A stretch of DNA of 64,000 bases from Thermoleophilia bacterium (GCA_020848615.1 JADLHW010000097.1:13447-77446), one strand, 5' to 3'. Counted from the stretch's first letter, positions 46,811 to 56,625 are shown. Numbers and translations are program-made. Notes: a model not told the origin generated them from the letters alone.

Positions 46811-47593
46811 GTGGAGGTGCGGATTGCGGGTCGCGCTAGCATCGGCCGCGTGCCGCGCCGTCTGGTCCAGCTGATCCTGGCGATCACCCTCGCACTGCTG
46901 GCGGTCCCGGTCCTCGCAGCCGCCCAGGGCGGCGGCCCGGACCTGCCGCCGGTGCCCGACTCCGCCCCCGCGCCCGCGGCGACGCCCGATCCGCTGCCCG
47001 CGACCCCGTCGCCCGCGCCGGCCCCGCGCCACCTGCCGTCGTCCACGCCGCGGCCGGCGCCGGCCGCCACCGGCCCCACCGGCCCCACCGCGGCGCAGGT
47101 CGCGGCGGCCCGTGCCGCGGCACGCGCGAAGGCCCGCAGGGAGGCGGCGGCGCGCAGGGCCCGGGAGCGCCGGGCCGCCGTCGCACGCCGGGAGCGCCGT
47201 CAGGCGGCCCTGCTGCGCCGCCGCTCCCAGACGGTGCGCGACGCCACGGCGTCGGGCGTGGACGCCGTGGACCAGCAGGTCGCGAACCTCGTGGAGGCCG
47301 TCCGCGCCCGGCCCGCGCCGGCGCAGGCCGTGGGCGACGGCATCGGCCCCGGAGGCGGCACGACGATCCTCGCCGGGCTCGCCCTGCTCGGCGCCGCCGG
47401 GATCGGGGGGCTCGCGTTCGTGCGGCGCCGCACGGGCGGCAGGCGGTTCAGCCCGCGGCTGGCGATCACCTCGATCGTCGCGATCGACCGGCGCCAGGTG
47501 GGCGTGCTCATCGCCGCGGCCTTCGTGGTCGGCGCGGCCGCCGCCGCCGCGATCCTGGCGTACCTCATCGTGAACCCGTCGGCGGTGGGCTGA
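46811..47593 (+). CDS. Hypothetical secreted/membrane-anchored protein (signal peptide, Pro-rich region, basic coiled segment, two C-terminal TM helices)
   Basis: 260-aa ORF. The start may be GTG 46850 (VPRRLVQLILAITLALLAVPVLAAAQ). No family was recognised. Confidence 0.5.
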   Translation: MEVRIAGRASIGRVPRRLVQLILAITLALLAVPVLAAAQGGGPDLPPVPDSAPAPAATPDPLPATPSPAPAPRHLPSSTPRPAPAATGPTGPTAAQVAAARAAARAKARREAAARRARERRAAVARRERRQAALLRRRSQTVRDATASGVDAVDQQVANLVEAVRARPAPAQAVGDGIGPGGGTTILAGLALLGAAGIGGLAFVRRRTGGRRFSPRLAITSIVAIDRRQVGVLIAAAFVVGAAAAAAILAYLIVNPSAVG

Positions 47594-47658
47594 GCGGCAC
47601 GCCCGGGGTGCGGCCGCGTGCCGCTAGGCTCCGCGCCTCACGAGCGAGGGGGCGAGGG

Positions 47659-48054
47659 GTGATCAGCGAGGCGGTGCGCGGCCAGGTGGTCGCCGCCAAC
47701 CAGGCGTTCTACGACGCGTTCGCCCGTCGTGACCTGGACGCCCTCATGGCGTGCTGGGCGGACGCCGGCGACGTCGCGTGCATCCACCCCGGCGGGACCC
47801 CGCTGTGCGGCCACGACCTGGTGCGGACCTCATGGGAGGGGCTCATCGACGGTGACGCCGACGGGTTCACCGTCCACCCCGACATCGTGAGCGTGACCTA
47901 CGAGGACCCTGTCGCGACCGTGGTCTGCATGGAGCGGTTCGCGACGCACGGCCATGGCGGCGGCACCAGGGCGGACCTGGTGGCCACGAACGTGTTCGTC
48001 CTCGGTCCCGGCGGCTGGCGGATGGTCGTGCACCACGCCTCGCCGGTGATGTGA
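47659..48054 (+). CDS. SnoaL-like / NTF2-fold (DUF4440-type) protein
   Basis: GTG 47659. The sequence is VVAANQAFYDAFARRDLDALMACWADAGDVACIHPGG...TNVFVLGPGGWRMVVHHASP. Confidence 0.7.
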   Translation: MISEAVRGQVVAANQAFYDAFARRDLDALMACWADAGDVACIHPGGTPLCGHDLVRTSWEGLIDGDADGFTVHPDIVSVTYEDPVATVVCMERFATHGHGGGTRADLVATNVFVLGPGGWRMVVHHASPVM

Positions 48055-48055
48055 C

Positions 48056-48078
48056 GGGGCGCCGCCGGGCGGCGCCCC
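48056..48078. terminator. Bidirectional GC hairpin between convergent genes
   Basis: Perfect inverted repeat GGGGCGCCGCC (48056-48066) / GGCGGCGCCCC (48068-48078), in the 34-nt gap between stops 48054 (+) and 48089 (-). There is no T-tract. Confidence 0.45.
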
Positions 48079-48088
48079 GCGGGAGGGG

Positions 48089-48400
48089 TCAGCTCTTGGC
48101 GGCCAGGAAGTCGGCCACCATCTTCTCGCCGGCCGCGTGGCCCTGCTCGAAGTAGGCGCGGTTGATCTCCTTGAAGGCGTCCCACTGCTCCGGCACGTCG
48201 TCCTCGGCCATGGTGGCGTCCACGGGGCAGGCCTCGACACAGGCGTCGCAGTCGATGCACTCGGCCGGGTCGATGTACAGCATGGTGGCCTGCTCGAAGT
48301 TCTCCTCACCCGCGGCGGGGTGGATGCAGTCGACCGGGCAGACGTCGGCACACGAGGTGTCCTTGGTGCCGATGCACGGCTCGGTGATCACGTAGGCCAT
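48089..48400 (-). CDS. fdxA: 7Fe ferredoxin (FdxA type, [3Fe-4S][4Fe-4S])
   Basis: 103 aa from ATG 48400, 10 nt after GGAGGA. The sequence is MAYVITEPCIGTKDTSCADVCPVDCIHP...CIDCDACVEACP. Confidence 0.92.
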   Translation of the reverse strand: MAYVITEPCIGTKDTSCADVCPVDCIHPAAGEENFEQATMLYIDPAECIDCDACVEACPVDATMAEDDVPEQWDAFKEINRAYFEQGHAAGEKMVADFLAAKS

Positions 48401-48630
48401 AACTCGGGTTCCTCCAAGGGGGGTGAGACAGACCGTCGCTCGCCGGGCGGCGGCGCCCGGGAAATCTACCGCGTCATCCATCGGTCGTCGGTCCCCCGGG
48501 CAAAGAGTGACCATGGACCCCCGTTGAGGACCTGAAACGTTCCGGGCGTGACGTCGTGCGGCGACGGCCCCGCGATCTCCTAGGATCGGATGACTCCGCG
48601 AACACCACCGATCCCGCCCCGAGGTGCCCG

Positions 48631-50829
48631 ATGGGAACGACCCCCCGTGTGCTGCCCGCGAGCGTGCTGGCCCTGCTCGCCGTCCCCGTCGCCGCCGTCG
48701 CCGCCGGCACCGGGCACTCCGGCTGGAACTGGTCGACGCCGACACCGCAGGGCCACGACCTCACCGACGTCGCGTTCTCCGGCGACACCGGGTACGCGGT
48801 GGGGGCCTTCGGCACGATGCTGCGCAGCACCGACGGCGGTGCCACGTGGACCGGCCTTGCATCCGGCACGACCGCCCGCCTGGACGAGGTGCGGCAGGTC
48901 GGCCCGCTGGTCGCCGTCGCGGGCGGGGAGTGCGCGGTGCGCAGGACCGACGACGGCACGAGCGTCACGCGCGTCACCTTCGGCGGCGCGGAGTCCGCCT
49001 GCCCGGCCACCGTGGTCGCGACGGCCTTCGCCGACGCCGCCAACGGGCACATCCTGCTGTCGGACGGGACGGTGCTGGCCACGGCCGACGGGGGCCGCAC
49101 CTACGCGAGGCGCACCCCGCTGCCCGGGTCACCGGCGGCGTCCGGCACCGACCAGGTCGGCGACCTGGTCGCGGTCTCGCCGACCACGCTCCTGGCCGGT
49201 GTCGGCACGCGCGTCCATCGCTCCACCGACGGCGGCAACTCGTGGACGGCGGTGAGCCCGCCGAACCCGCCGCTCCCCAACGCCGTGCCGTTCCAGCCCA
49301 TCCGCTCGATCACGATGTCGACCGCGACGACCGGGCTCGCGGTGGGGAATGCCGGGCGGGTGCTCACCACCGCCGACGGCGGCGCGTCGTGGACGCCGGC
49401 GGTGCCGCCCGCCGGCGCGGCCGACATCGGCCGCATGGACCTGTCGCGCGTCCGGTGCGCGAGCGCCACCGTGTGCCTGGCGACGACCGACGGGGCCGCG
49501 CTGCTGCGCACCGCCGACGGCGGGGCGAGCTGGTCGCAGGTGACGCCCTCCGGCACCCCGCTGCGCGGCGTGGCGTTCGCGTCCGCGACGCGGGCGGTGG
49601 CCGTCGGCGACGGCGGGACGACCGTGCTGTCCGACGACGCGGGGCTCACCTGGCGGCCGGTCGGCGCCCGCGCCGGGACGGGGCTCCTGGGCGTGGCCTC
49701 CTTCGCCCAGGGGATCCTCGCGTGGGGCGATCGCGGCCTGCTGGTGAGCAGCGGCGACGCCGGGGTGACCTGGACCACGGGCAGCGTCCCGACCTCGGCG
49801 GCGATCCGCGCCGCCCGCTACGCGAACCGCGACGTCGGATACGCGATCGACGCGGCCGCCGGGATCTGGAAGACGGTCACCACGGGGCAGACCTGGCAGG
49901 TCCTGGATCCCGGCCCGAACCCCGCCGGCCTCACGGACCTCCTGGCGCTCGACGCCAGGCGGGTGCTGCTGGTGGGCCCCGGCGACATCCGGGTGTCCCG
50001 CGACGGGCAGTTGTTCGACCGCGTCGCCGAGCCGGTGGTCACCAGGGCCCGGGACCTGCGGTGGGTGTTCGCCGTGCGGCGCGGCGCCGTGGTCGCCGGG
50101 CGCACCCGCATCCTCGTCTCGCTGAACGGGCGCACCGCCTGGAAGGGCGTCCCGCGGCCGGTGGCGAAGGGCAGGGCCGTCGCGATCGACCGGATCTCCT
50201 GCACCGCCGGCGGGGCGTGCTGGGTGCTGGGCGTGAACGACCGCCTGTACCTCACGGCGAACCTCGGCCGCCGCTGGAAGGACGTGACGGCGTCCCTGCC
50301 CGGCAACTCGCTGCGGCAGGCGACCGGGCTGGCGTTCAGCTCCGCCCGGCGCGGCTACGTGCTGGTGTCCGAGTACGGCTTCGATCCGCTGGTGCCCGGG
50401 GGATGGGTGCTGCGCACCGTGGACGGGGGCGCCACCTGGACGCCGCAGCTCGTCGCGCAGCCGGGCATCGCGGCCGGCGCGACCGGTTCGCCGGTCGACC
50501 TGCTGCTGGGCGGGCAGGGCGCGCTGTTCACGAGCGCCACCGGCGGTGCGACCGGCACCCCGAGCGTCGTGGGCCTCACCCCGTCGGCGCGCACGTTCCG
50601 GCGGCGGGCGAACGTGGTGCTCACCGGGCGCCTGCGCCCCGCCCTCGGCGGGGAGCGCGTGGTGGTGACGGCCTCCGGCCTGCCGGTGCGCACCGCGGTG
50701 GTGTCCTCCGGCGGGACGTTCTCGCTGAGCTACCGAGTCACGAGGACCACCACGTTCGTCGCCCACTGGGGCGGCGACGGCATCCGTCAGGGCGACGGCT
50801 CGCCCGTGATCACCGTGACCCGCCGCTGA
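48631..50829 (+). CDS. Secreted BNR/Ycf48-like beta-propeller repeat protein
   Basis: ATG 48631 is followed by a signal peptide. S/T-x-D-G-G-x-x-W motifs recur many times (STDGGATWT, TADGGRTY, STDGGNSWT, TADGGASWT and others) across 732 aa. Confidence 0.8.
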   Translation: MGTTPRVLPASVLALLAVPVAAVAAGTGHSGWNWSTPTPQGHDLTDVAFSGDTGYAVGAFGTMLRSTDGGATWTGLASGTTARLDEVRQVGPLVAVAGGECAVRRTDDGTSVTRVTFGGAESACPATVVATAFADAANGHILLSDGTVLATADGGRTYARRTPLPGSPAASGTDQVGDLVAVSPTTLLAGVGTRVHRSTDGGNSWTAVSPPNPPLPNAVPFQPIRSITMSTATTGLAVGNAGRVLTTADGGASWTPAVPPAGAADIGRMDLSRVRCASATVCLATTDGAALLRTADGGASWSQVTPSGTPLRGVAFASATRAVAVGDGGTTVLSDDAGLTWRPVGARAGTGLLGVASFAQGILAWGDRGLLVSSGDAGVTWTTGSVPTSAAIRAARYANRDVGYAIDAAAGIWKTVTTGQTWQVLDPGPNPAGLTDLLALDARRVLLVGPGDIRVSRDGQLFDRVAEPVVTRARDLRWVFAVRRGAVVAGRTRILVSLNGRTAWKGVPRPVAKGRAVAIDRISCTAGGACWVLGVNDRLYLTANLGRRWKDVTASLPGNSLRQATGLAFSSARRGYVLVSEYGFDPLVPGGWVLRTVDGGATWTPQLVAQPGIAAGATGSPVDLLLGGQGALFTSATGGATGTPSVVGLTPSARTFRRRANVVLTGRLRPALGGERVVVTASGLPVRTAVVSSGGTFSLSYRVTRTTTFVAHWGGDGIRQGDGSPVITVTRR

Positions 50830-50919
50830 GGCCGCGGGGACCCGTCGCCGGCCGTCCGTGACGGATGGGCGGGCGGCGACGGACCCCGAGGCAGACCCGA
50901 CCCGCCCGCCGGAGGCATC

Positions 50920-51783
50920 ATGCGCCGCAGCCTGCTCGTCGCCGTTCCCGCCGTCCTGGGGGCCGTCGCGGTCCCCGCGCTGCCCTGCTCCATCGCCGCG
51001 CCCGTCCCCGGGGCGCCCATCGACTCCGACGTCGCGGTCGCCGCGACGGTGACCCGCGACACCGGCCCCAGCGGGGGGATGGACCCGCGCACCTACACGC
51101 TGCGCGTCGACACCATCCTGCGCGGTTTCGAGGGCGCGACCCTCGCGGGCCCCCTGAAGGTCACGACCACCGGCAGCAGCGCCGCCTGCGGCGTCGAGTT
51201 CACCCGCGGGAAGCGCTACCTGGTGTTCGCGAGCCGGGGGGACGGCGGCGCCCTCACCACCAGCCTCGCCTCGGGCGACCGGGAGCTCGGCCGCCGCGAG
51301 GCGGTCACCGAGGACGACCTGTACGTCCCCGACCCGCCGGGCCTCGACGCCCGGCATTCGAACCTCTCCTCCCGGGCGTTCGTGGCGTTCACCGCGTTCC
51401 CGGCGTACTGGCTGGGCGGGTACTCGGGCGTCGGCGACCTGCGCACGCTCCGCGCCGACGGCGCCCGGACGATCGCGACGTACCGTCAGGGCCGCGCCGC
51501 CCCGGTGCGCGTGATCACCCGGCGCGTCTGCCCCGCCGCGTCCGCGGAGGGCATCCCGCCGCTCACCGGCGTGCGTCGCATCCGCGGCGTCCCGGCGGGC
51601 TTCCGCGGTCACGGCGTGTCGGTGTTCACCGGCGGCGTCGAGGTCCGCATCACGGGCCGCAGCCCCCGCGTGCAGCTCCAGCTCGCCGGGGCGATCTTCG
51701 CCGGCGCCACGTCCGCGTTCGGCGGCGAGCTTCCCAAGCCCTCCGCCGGCCCGGTGCGCCTGCTCGCCCCCTGTCGCGGCTGA
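50920..51783 (+). CDS. Secreted hypothetical protein with a TIMP-like (N-terminal Cys, OB-fold) domain
   Basis: ATG 50920 follows GGAGG. The signal peptide ends ...ALPCS. The pattern ...TYTLRVDTILRG...SSAACGVEFTRGKRYLVFAS is TIMP/netrin-like (inference). The C-terminal half is unassigned. Confidence 0.55.
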   Translation: MRRSLLVAVPAVLGAVAVPALPCSIAAPVPGAPIDSDVAVAATVTRDTGPSGGMDPRTYTLRVDTILRGFEGATLAGPLKVTTTGSSAACGVEFTRGKRYLVFASRGDGGALTTSLASGDRELGRREAVTEDDLYVPDPPGLDARHSNLSSRAFVAFTAFPAYWLGGYSGVGDLRTLRADGARTIATYRQGRAAPVRVITRRVCPAASAEGIPPLTGVRRIRGVPAGFRGHGVSVFTGGVEVRITGRSPRVQLQLAGAIFAGATSAFGGELPKPSAGPVRLLAPCRG

Positions 51784-51807
51784 CCCCGGCGGGGCTCCCC
51801 GCGGTGG

Positions 51808-52905
51808 TCAGCCCGCGGGGACGCCCTGGGGGGCGGCGCCCACCGGGACGGCCCGCTCCAGCAGGGTCGCGGCGCGGGCGAGGGCCTGGGCTGCGGGGGA
51901 GTCCGGCCGGGCGGTGACGACGGGGAGGCCCTCGTCGCCGGCGATGGCGACCGCGGACTCCAGGGGGATCTGGCCCAGCAGGGGCACACCCAGCTCGGCG
52001 GCCAGGGACGGCCCGCCGCCGCCGGAGAACACCTCGTACCGGGTGCCGGTGTCGGGCGCGACGAACCAGCTCATGTTCTCGATGACGCCGGCGACGGGGA
52101 GGTCGACGCGCTGGGCCATGGCCGCCGCCCGGCGGGCGACGCGCTGGGCCGCCATCTGCGGGGTCGTGACGATCACCAGCGTCGCGGTGGGCAGCAGCTG
52201 GGCGATCGACAGGGACACGTCGCCGGTGCCCGGCGGGAGGTCCACCAGCAGGTAGTCCGGGTCGTCCCAGAACGTGTCGGTCACGAACGAGGTGAGGGCC
52301 TTGTGGAGCATCGGCCCGCGCCAGATGACGGGGGAGTCCTCCTCGGTGAGGAACCCGATGCTCATGATCCGCACGCCGTGGGACTCCACCGGGATGATGA
52401 GGTCATCCATCATCACCGCGGGCCGCTGGACGCCCATCATGCGGGGGATGGAGTAGCCGTACACGTCGGCGTCCAGCAGCGCGACGGAGTGCCCGCGGCC
52501 GGCGAGCGCCATCGCGAGGTTCGCGGTGATGCTGGACTTCCCGACCCCGCCCTTCCCGGAGGCGACGCCGATGACCCGCGTGCGGGACCCCTCGGTGAAC
52601 GGGGACGGCCGGCCGGGGCCGCCGCCCACCGACGTGCGCAGCCCCAGGCGCTCCTCGTCGGTCATGGTGCCGAGGGTGACGTGGATGGTCTCCACCCCGG
52701 ACAGGGCCTCCACGGCGGCGGTGACCCGCCGCTGGATCTCGGCCTTCAACGGGCAGCCGGCGACGGTGAGCTTCACCGCCACCGCCACGCGGCCGCCGTC
52801 CACGGCGACCTCGCCCACCATGCCCAGCGCCACGATGCCGCGCCGCAGCTCCGGGTCCTCGACGGCCTCGAGGGCCGCCATCACCTGCTCGCGGGTCACG
52901 CTCAC
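51808..52905 (-). CDS. apbC: Mrp/ApbC/NBP35-family Fe-S cluster carrier ATPase with an N-terminal DUF59 domain
   Basis: GTG 52905 overlaps the upstream stop. The sequence has ...AVEDPELRRGIVALGMV... and the P-loop ASGKGGVGKSS, followed by ...DLPPGTGD. Confidence 0.92.
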   Translation of the reverse strand: MSVTREQVMAALEAVEDPELRRGIVALGMVGEVAVDGGRVAVAVKLTVAGCPLKAEIQRRVTAAVEALSGVETIHVTLGTMTDEERLGLRTSVGGGPGRPSPFTEGSRTRVIGVASGKGGVGKSSITANLAMALAGRGHSVALLDADVYGYSIPRMMGVQRPAVMMDDLIIPVESHGVRIMSIGFLTEEDSPVIWRGPMLHKALTSFVTDTFWDDPDYLLVDLPPGTGDVSLSIAQLLPTATLVIVTTPQMAAQRVARRAAAMAQRVDLPVAGVIENMSWFVAPDTGTRYEVFSGGGGPSLAAELGVPLLGQIPLESAVAIAGDEGLPVVTARPDSPAAQALARAATLLERAVPVGAAPQGVPAG

Positions 52906-53537
52906 ATGAACATCCTGGCCCACGGCTCCGCGTCCTCGATGGTGACGCCCCACGGGCCGTGACCCGGGTAGATCCGCGTGTCCTTGGGCAGCTCGTCGAA
53001 CACCCGGTGCAGGCTCTTGAGCATGTGGTGATGGCTGCTGCCCGGGAAGTCGGTGCGGCCGATGCCCTGCGCGAACACCAGGTCCCCCACGATCGCCTCG
53101 CCCGCGGTCTCCTCCCACGCCACGTAGCAGCCGGGGGAGTGGCCGGGCGTGTGCAGCATCCGCAGCCGGAGGTTCCCCAGCTCCACCACGTCCCCCTCGT
53201 GCAGGACGCGGGCGAGCTCCACCCCCGGGGTGGGCGGCGGGTTCCCGAACAGCGCGGGGTTGAACGGCGCGGGGGCCCGCATCCAGTCCTCGTCCCCGAT
53301 GCCGGCCCAGACCGGCACGCCGCGCCGGTCCCACACGTGGCACTCCACGACGTGGTCCCAGTGCCCGTGCGTGGCCAGCACGGCCAGGGGGGTGAGGCCG
53401 TTGGCCTCCAGGGTGTGCTGCACCCACCGCTCGCTGCCGGCCGCGGGGTCGATCACCAGCGCCTCGCCGCCCTGTTCCTCGAACACGACGTAGGTGTTGG
53501 TGGCGACCGGGCCGAAGGTCCCGCCCTTGATCACCAT
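52902..53537 (-). CDS. MBL-fold metallo-hydrolase (glyoxalase II-like)
   Basis: 211 aa from ATG 53537. The sequence has THGHWDH (HxHxDH), ...HTPGHSPG... and ...YPGHG. Confidence 0.88.
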   Translation of the reverse strand: MVIKGGTFGPVATNTYVVFEEQGGEALVIDPAAGSERWVQHTLEANGLTPLAVLATHGHWDHVVECHVWDRRGVPVWAGIGDEDWMRAPAPFNPALFGNPPPTPGVELARVLHEGDVVELGNLRLRMLHTPGHSPGCYVAWEETAGEAIVGDLVFAQGIGRTDFPGSSHHHMLKSLHRVFDELPKDTRIYPGHGPWGVTIEDAEPWARMFM

Positions 53538-53588
53538 GCCTGCCAGACTAGCCAACACCGCCCCGCCAGGACTCCCGGAGGAAGGGCC

Positions 53589-54035
53589 ATGAGGATCGCG
53601 GTGGGTTCCGACGAGGTCACGCCCCTGGCGACCGCCGTCGTGGACGAGCTGGACCGCCTGGGCCACGCGGTCACCGCCGTGGGGCCCCTCGCCGGCGGGG
53701 CGCTGGAGTGGGCGGAGACCTCGGCGGAGGTCGCGCGGCGCGTGGCGCGGGGGGAGGCGGACCGCGGCGTGGTGATGTGCTGGTCGGGCACGGGCGCGTC
53801 GATCGCGGCGAACAAGGTGGACGGGGCGCGGGCCGCCCTGTGCGGCGACCCCGAGACCGCCCGCATGGCGCGGCGCTACAACCACGCCAACGTGCTGGCC
53901 CTGTCGCTGCGGGTCACCGGCGAGCCCCTTGGCAGGGAGATCGTCGCGGCGTTCCTGGAGGCGCCGGAGGGCACCGAGGACTTCGACGTCCGCAACGTCG
54001 AGGTGCTGCGGCGCCTGGAGGCGGGGGAGGGCTAA
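53589..54035 (+). CDS. rpiB: Ribose-5-phosphate isomerase B (RpiB/LacAB family)
   Basis: 148 aa. The sequence is MRIAVGSDE...GVVMCWSGTGASIAANK...ARMARRYNHANVLAL. Confidence 0.9.
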   Translation: MRIAVGSDEVTPLATAVVDELDRLGHAVTAVGPLAGGALEWAETSAEVARRVARGEADRGVVMCWSGTGASIAANKVDGARAALCGDPETARMARRYNHANVLALSLRVTGEPLGREIVAAFLEAPEGTEDFDVRNVEVLRRLEAGEG

Positions 54036-54934
54036 CCGCCCAGCAGGCCCTGCAGGTTGTCCAGGTCCAGCGGCGAGGCGCCCTGCGGCGCGGTCACCTG
54101 GAGGTCGGCGTCGTAGTCGGACAGCTCGAGCACCAGGTCGAGGCTCGCGGACCGCAGCTGGGGCGACAGGGCGGAGCCGTCCGGCAGGTCCAGCTGCACG
54201 CGCAGGCGGGCGGGCAGCAGGTCGGACTTCCGCACCCACATCGTCACGGTGCTGTCGCCCAGGGCGCGCTGCAGGCGGGCGGCGGTGCGCTGCAGGTCCG
54301 CGGCGGAGGGGGCGTCGCCGCCCAGCAGCCCCGGCGCGGCCTGCAGGACGGTGCCGAGGTCGCCGGCGGCGGCGCGGGCGTCCACCCCGCCCACCAGGCG
54401 GACCGTGTCCGAGCCGTCCACGTCCTCCTCGCCGTCCCTGCGCGGGTCGGAGATCCAGCCGGCGAGGGTGGGGAATACGGCCCGCGCGTCCAGCTCACGC
54501 ACCGTGGCCGCCGGCACCTGCACCTGGAAGTCCCGGCCCAGGGCGGACAGGTACAGCCCGTCGCCGGCGCGGGTGAGGTTCGCCTGCACCGGCAGGCGGC
54601 TCAGCTCCGCCGTGACGTCGAACGCGAAGCGGTCGGGCGGGATGACCGGGCCGGCGCCGCTGAACGGGATGGGCCCCCGCAGCGCCAGGCCGGCGGTGCC
54701 CGCGCCCTCCAGCGCCGCGGGCGCCAGGTCGGTCTGCGCGGTGCCCTCGAAGTCCAGCCGGAAGCTCTTGAGCCCCTGCGCGGCGTCCGCCGTGCGCTGC
54801 ACCAGCTGGTCGGGCGACAGGCCCTCGGTGCGGTCGGGACCGGAGTCGCCTCCGCCGCCGCAGCCCGCGGCCGGTACGAGCGCCGCGGCGGCGGCGACCA
54901 GGACCGCGACCCGGCGGATGGAAGGGCGAGGCAT
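54032..54934 (-). CDS. Lipoprotein (LolA/LppX-LprAFG-like fold suspected)
   Basis: 300 aa from ATG 54934. The lipobox is LVPAAGC. The sequence is beta-rich; the family assignment is inference. Confidence 0.7.
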   Translation of the reverse strand: MPRPSIRRVAVLVAAAAALVPAAGCGGGGDSGPDRTEGLSPDQLVQRTADAAQGLKSFRLDFEGTAQTDLAPAALEGAGTAGLALRGPIPFSGAGPVIPPDRFAFDVTAELSRLPVQANLTRAGDGLYLSALGRDFQVQVPAATVRELDARAVFPTLAGWISDPRRDGEEDVDGSDTVRLVGGVDARAAAGDLGTVLQAAPGLLGGDAPSAADLQRTAARLQRALGDSTVTMWVRKSDLLPARLRVQLDLPDGSALSPQLRSASLDLVLELSDYDADLQVTAPQGASPLDLDNLQGLLGG

Positions 54935-54982
54935 GACCGCGGGTATACCACGGCCCCGGCGCGGCGGGCGTACCCTGCGTCG

Positions 54983-55870
54983 GTGAGTCCGCGAGCCTGG
55001 GCGCTGTTCGCGGCCGTCTCCGTGCTGTGGGGCGTGCCGTACCTCATGATCAAGGTCGCGGTGGAGGAGGTGTCGCCGGTGGGCGTGGTCGCCGCCAGGA
55101 CGCTGCTCGCCGCCGCCGTGCTGGTGCCGCTGGCGGCCGCCACCGGGGCCCTCGCCGCCGTCCGCCACCGGTGGCCCGAGCTGCTGGGCCTCGCGGCGCT
55201 GGAGATCGCCGTGCCGTTCACGCTGATCTCCGCCGGGGAACGCCACGTGAGCTCCTCGCTCACCGCGATCGTCATCGCCACGGGCCCGTTCATGGCCGCC
55301 GGCGTGGGGGCGCTCACCGGGCACGATCGCGTGGGGCCCTGGAACCTGGGGGGCATGGTCCTGGGACTGGGGGGCGTGGCGATGCTGGTGGGCGTCGACC
55401 TCGGCGGGGACCGGGACGCCCTGGCGGGTGTGGCGATGATCCTCGGCGCCGTCGCCTGCTACGCGGTGGCGGTCATCTGGATGCGCGTGCGGTTCAGCGA
55501 CCTGCCGGCCACGGGGATGATGGCGATGGTGTGCGCCGCGGCGGCGGCGATGACGCTGCCGTTCGCCGCGGCGAGCCTGCCCGCGGAGGTTCCCTCCGGG
55601 AAGGTGCTGTGGTCGCTGGTGGGGCTGGGGCTGGGCTGCACGGCGCTGGCCCTGGTGCTCTACATGGGGCTCATCGCCGAGATCGGCGGGGTGCGCGCCA
55701 TCCTCATCACGTACGTGAACCCCGTGGTTGCGGTCATCGCCGGCGTGCTGGTGCTCGACGAGCCGCTCACCGCGGCGATGCTGGCCGGCATGGCGCTCAT
55801 CGCGGCGGGGTCGTGGGTGGCCACCTCCCGGCGTCCGGTGCCCGCCGATGCGGCAGACTCCCCGGGGTGA
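54983..55870 (+). CDS. EamA/DMT-family transporter
   Basis: GTG 54983. The sequence is WALFAAVSVLWGVPYLMIKVAVEEVSP... with about 10 TM helices. This is the third EamA paralogue in the window. Confidence 0.8.
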   Translation: MSPRAWALFAAVSVLWGVPYLMIKVAVEEVSPVGVVAARTLLAAAVLVPLAAATGALAAVRHRWPELLGLAALEIAVPFTLISAGERHVSSSLTAIVIATGPFMAAGVGALTGHDRVGPWNLGGMVLGLGGVAMLVGVDLGGDRDALAGVAMILGAVACYAVAVIWMRVRFSDLPATGMMAMVCAAAAAMTLPFAAASLPAEVPSGKVLWSLVGLGLGCTALALVLYMGLIAEIGGVRAILITYVNPVVAVIAGVLVLDEPLTAAMLAGMALIAAGSWVATSRRPVPADAADSPG

Positions 55871-56625
55871 CCGCGGCACCGCTCACGCTCACCCCCGTGG
55901 GGGTGGGCCCCGCCTACGCACGGACCGGGGAGGCGCAGAGCTGCTACCTGGTGCGCGCCGCGGGACGGGCGATCTGCCTGGACCTCGGCGCTGGGGCGCT
56001 GAACCGCCTGCAGGCCCATCTCGCCCCCCAGGACCTGGAGCTCCTGGTGATCTCCCACCTGCACCCCGACCACTGCATCGACCTGCTGTCCCTGCGCATC
56101 TACATGGCGTGGGGACCGGGGGCCGGGCATCGCCTGCGGATCCTCGCCCCGGAGGGCACGCGGGAGCACATGGTGCGGTTCGGCGGTGAGGACGGCTGGG
56201 ACCGCGCCTTCGCGTTCGAGGCGTTCGCCGGGGACCGCGGCGAGCACGACCTGGGCGGCGGCCTGGCGCTGCGGTACCGGGAGGTGCCGCACCTGAAGCC
56301 CACCTACGCGGTGCGACTCGACCTGGACGGGCGGTCCCTGGTGTACGGCGCGGACTGCGCGCCGTGCGGCGAGCTGCCCGAGCTCGCCCGCGACGCGGAC
56401 CTGCTGCTGGCCGAGTGCTCCTCGGGGGCCGACCCGGTGCCCGACCGCCAGGCGCACCTCGACGCGGCGCAGGCCGCCGCCATCGCCAACAGCGCCGGCG
56501 TCCGGCGCCTGCTGCTCACCCACTGCTACCCGGAGCATGACCGCGACGCGGCGCTCGCCCTCGCCCGGTCGCGGGCCGCGATGCCCGTGCACTGGGCCCT
56601 GCAGGACCAGGAGGTGACGGTGTGA
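55867..56625 (+). CDS. MBL-fold metallo-hydrolase (RNase Z/BN-like)
   Basis: GTG 55867 overlaps the upstream stop. The sequence has ISHLHPDHC (HxHxDH) and ...LLLTHC. Confidence 0.8.
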   Translation: MTAAPLTLTPVGVGPAYARTGEAQSCYLVRAAGRAICLDLGAGALNRLQAHLAPQDLELLVISHLHPDHCIDLLSLRIYMAWGPGAGHRLRILAPEGTREHMVRFGGEDGWDRAFAFEAFAGDRGEHDLGGGLALRYREVPHLKPTYAVRLDLDGRSLVYGADCAPCGELPELARDADLLLAECSSGADPVPDRQAHLDAAQAAAIANSAGVRRLLLTHCYPEHDRDAALALARSRAAMPVHWALQDQEVTV

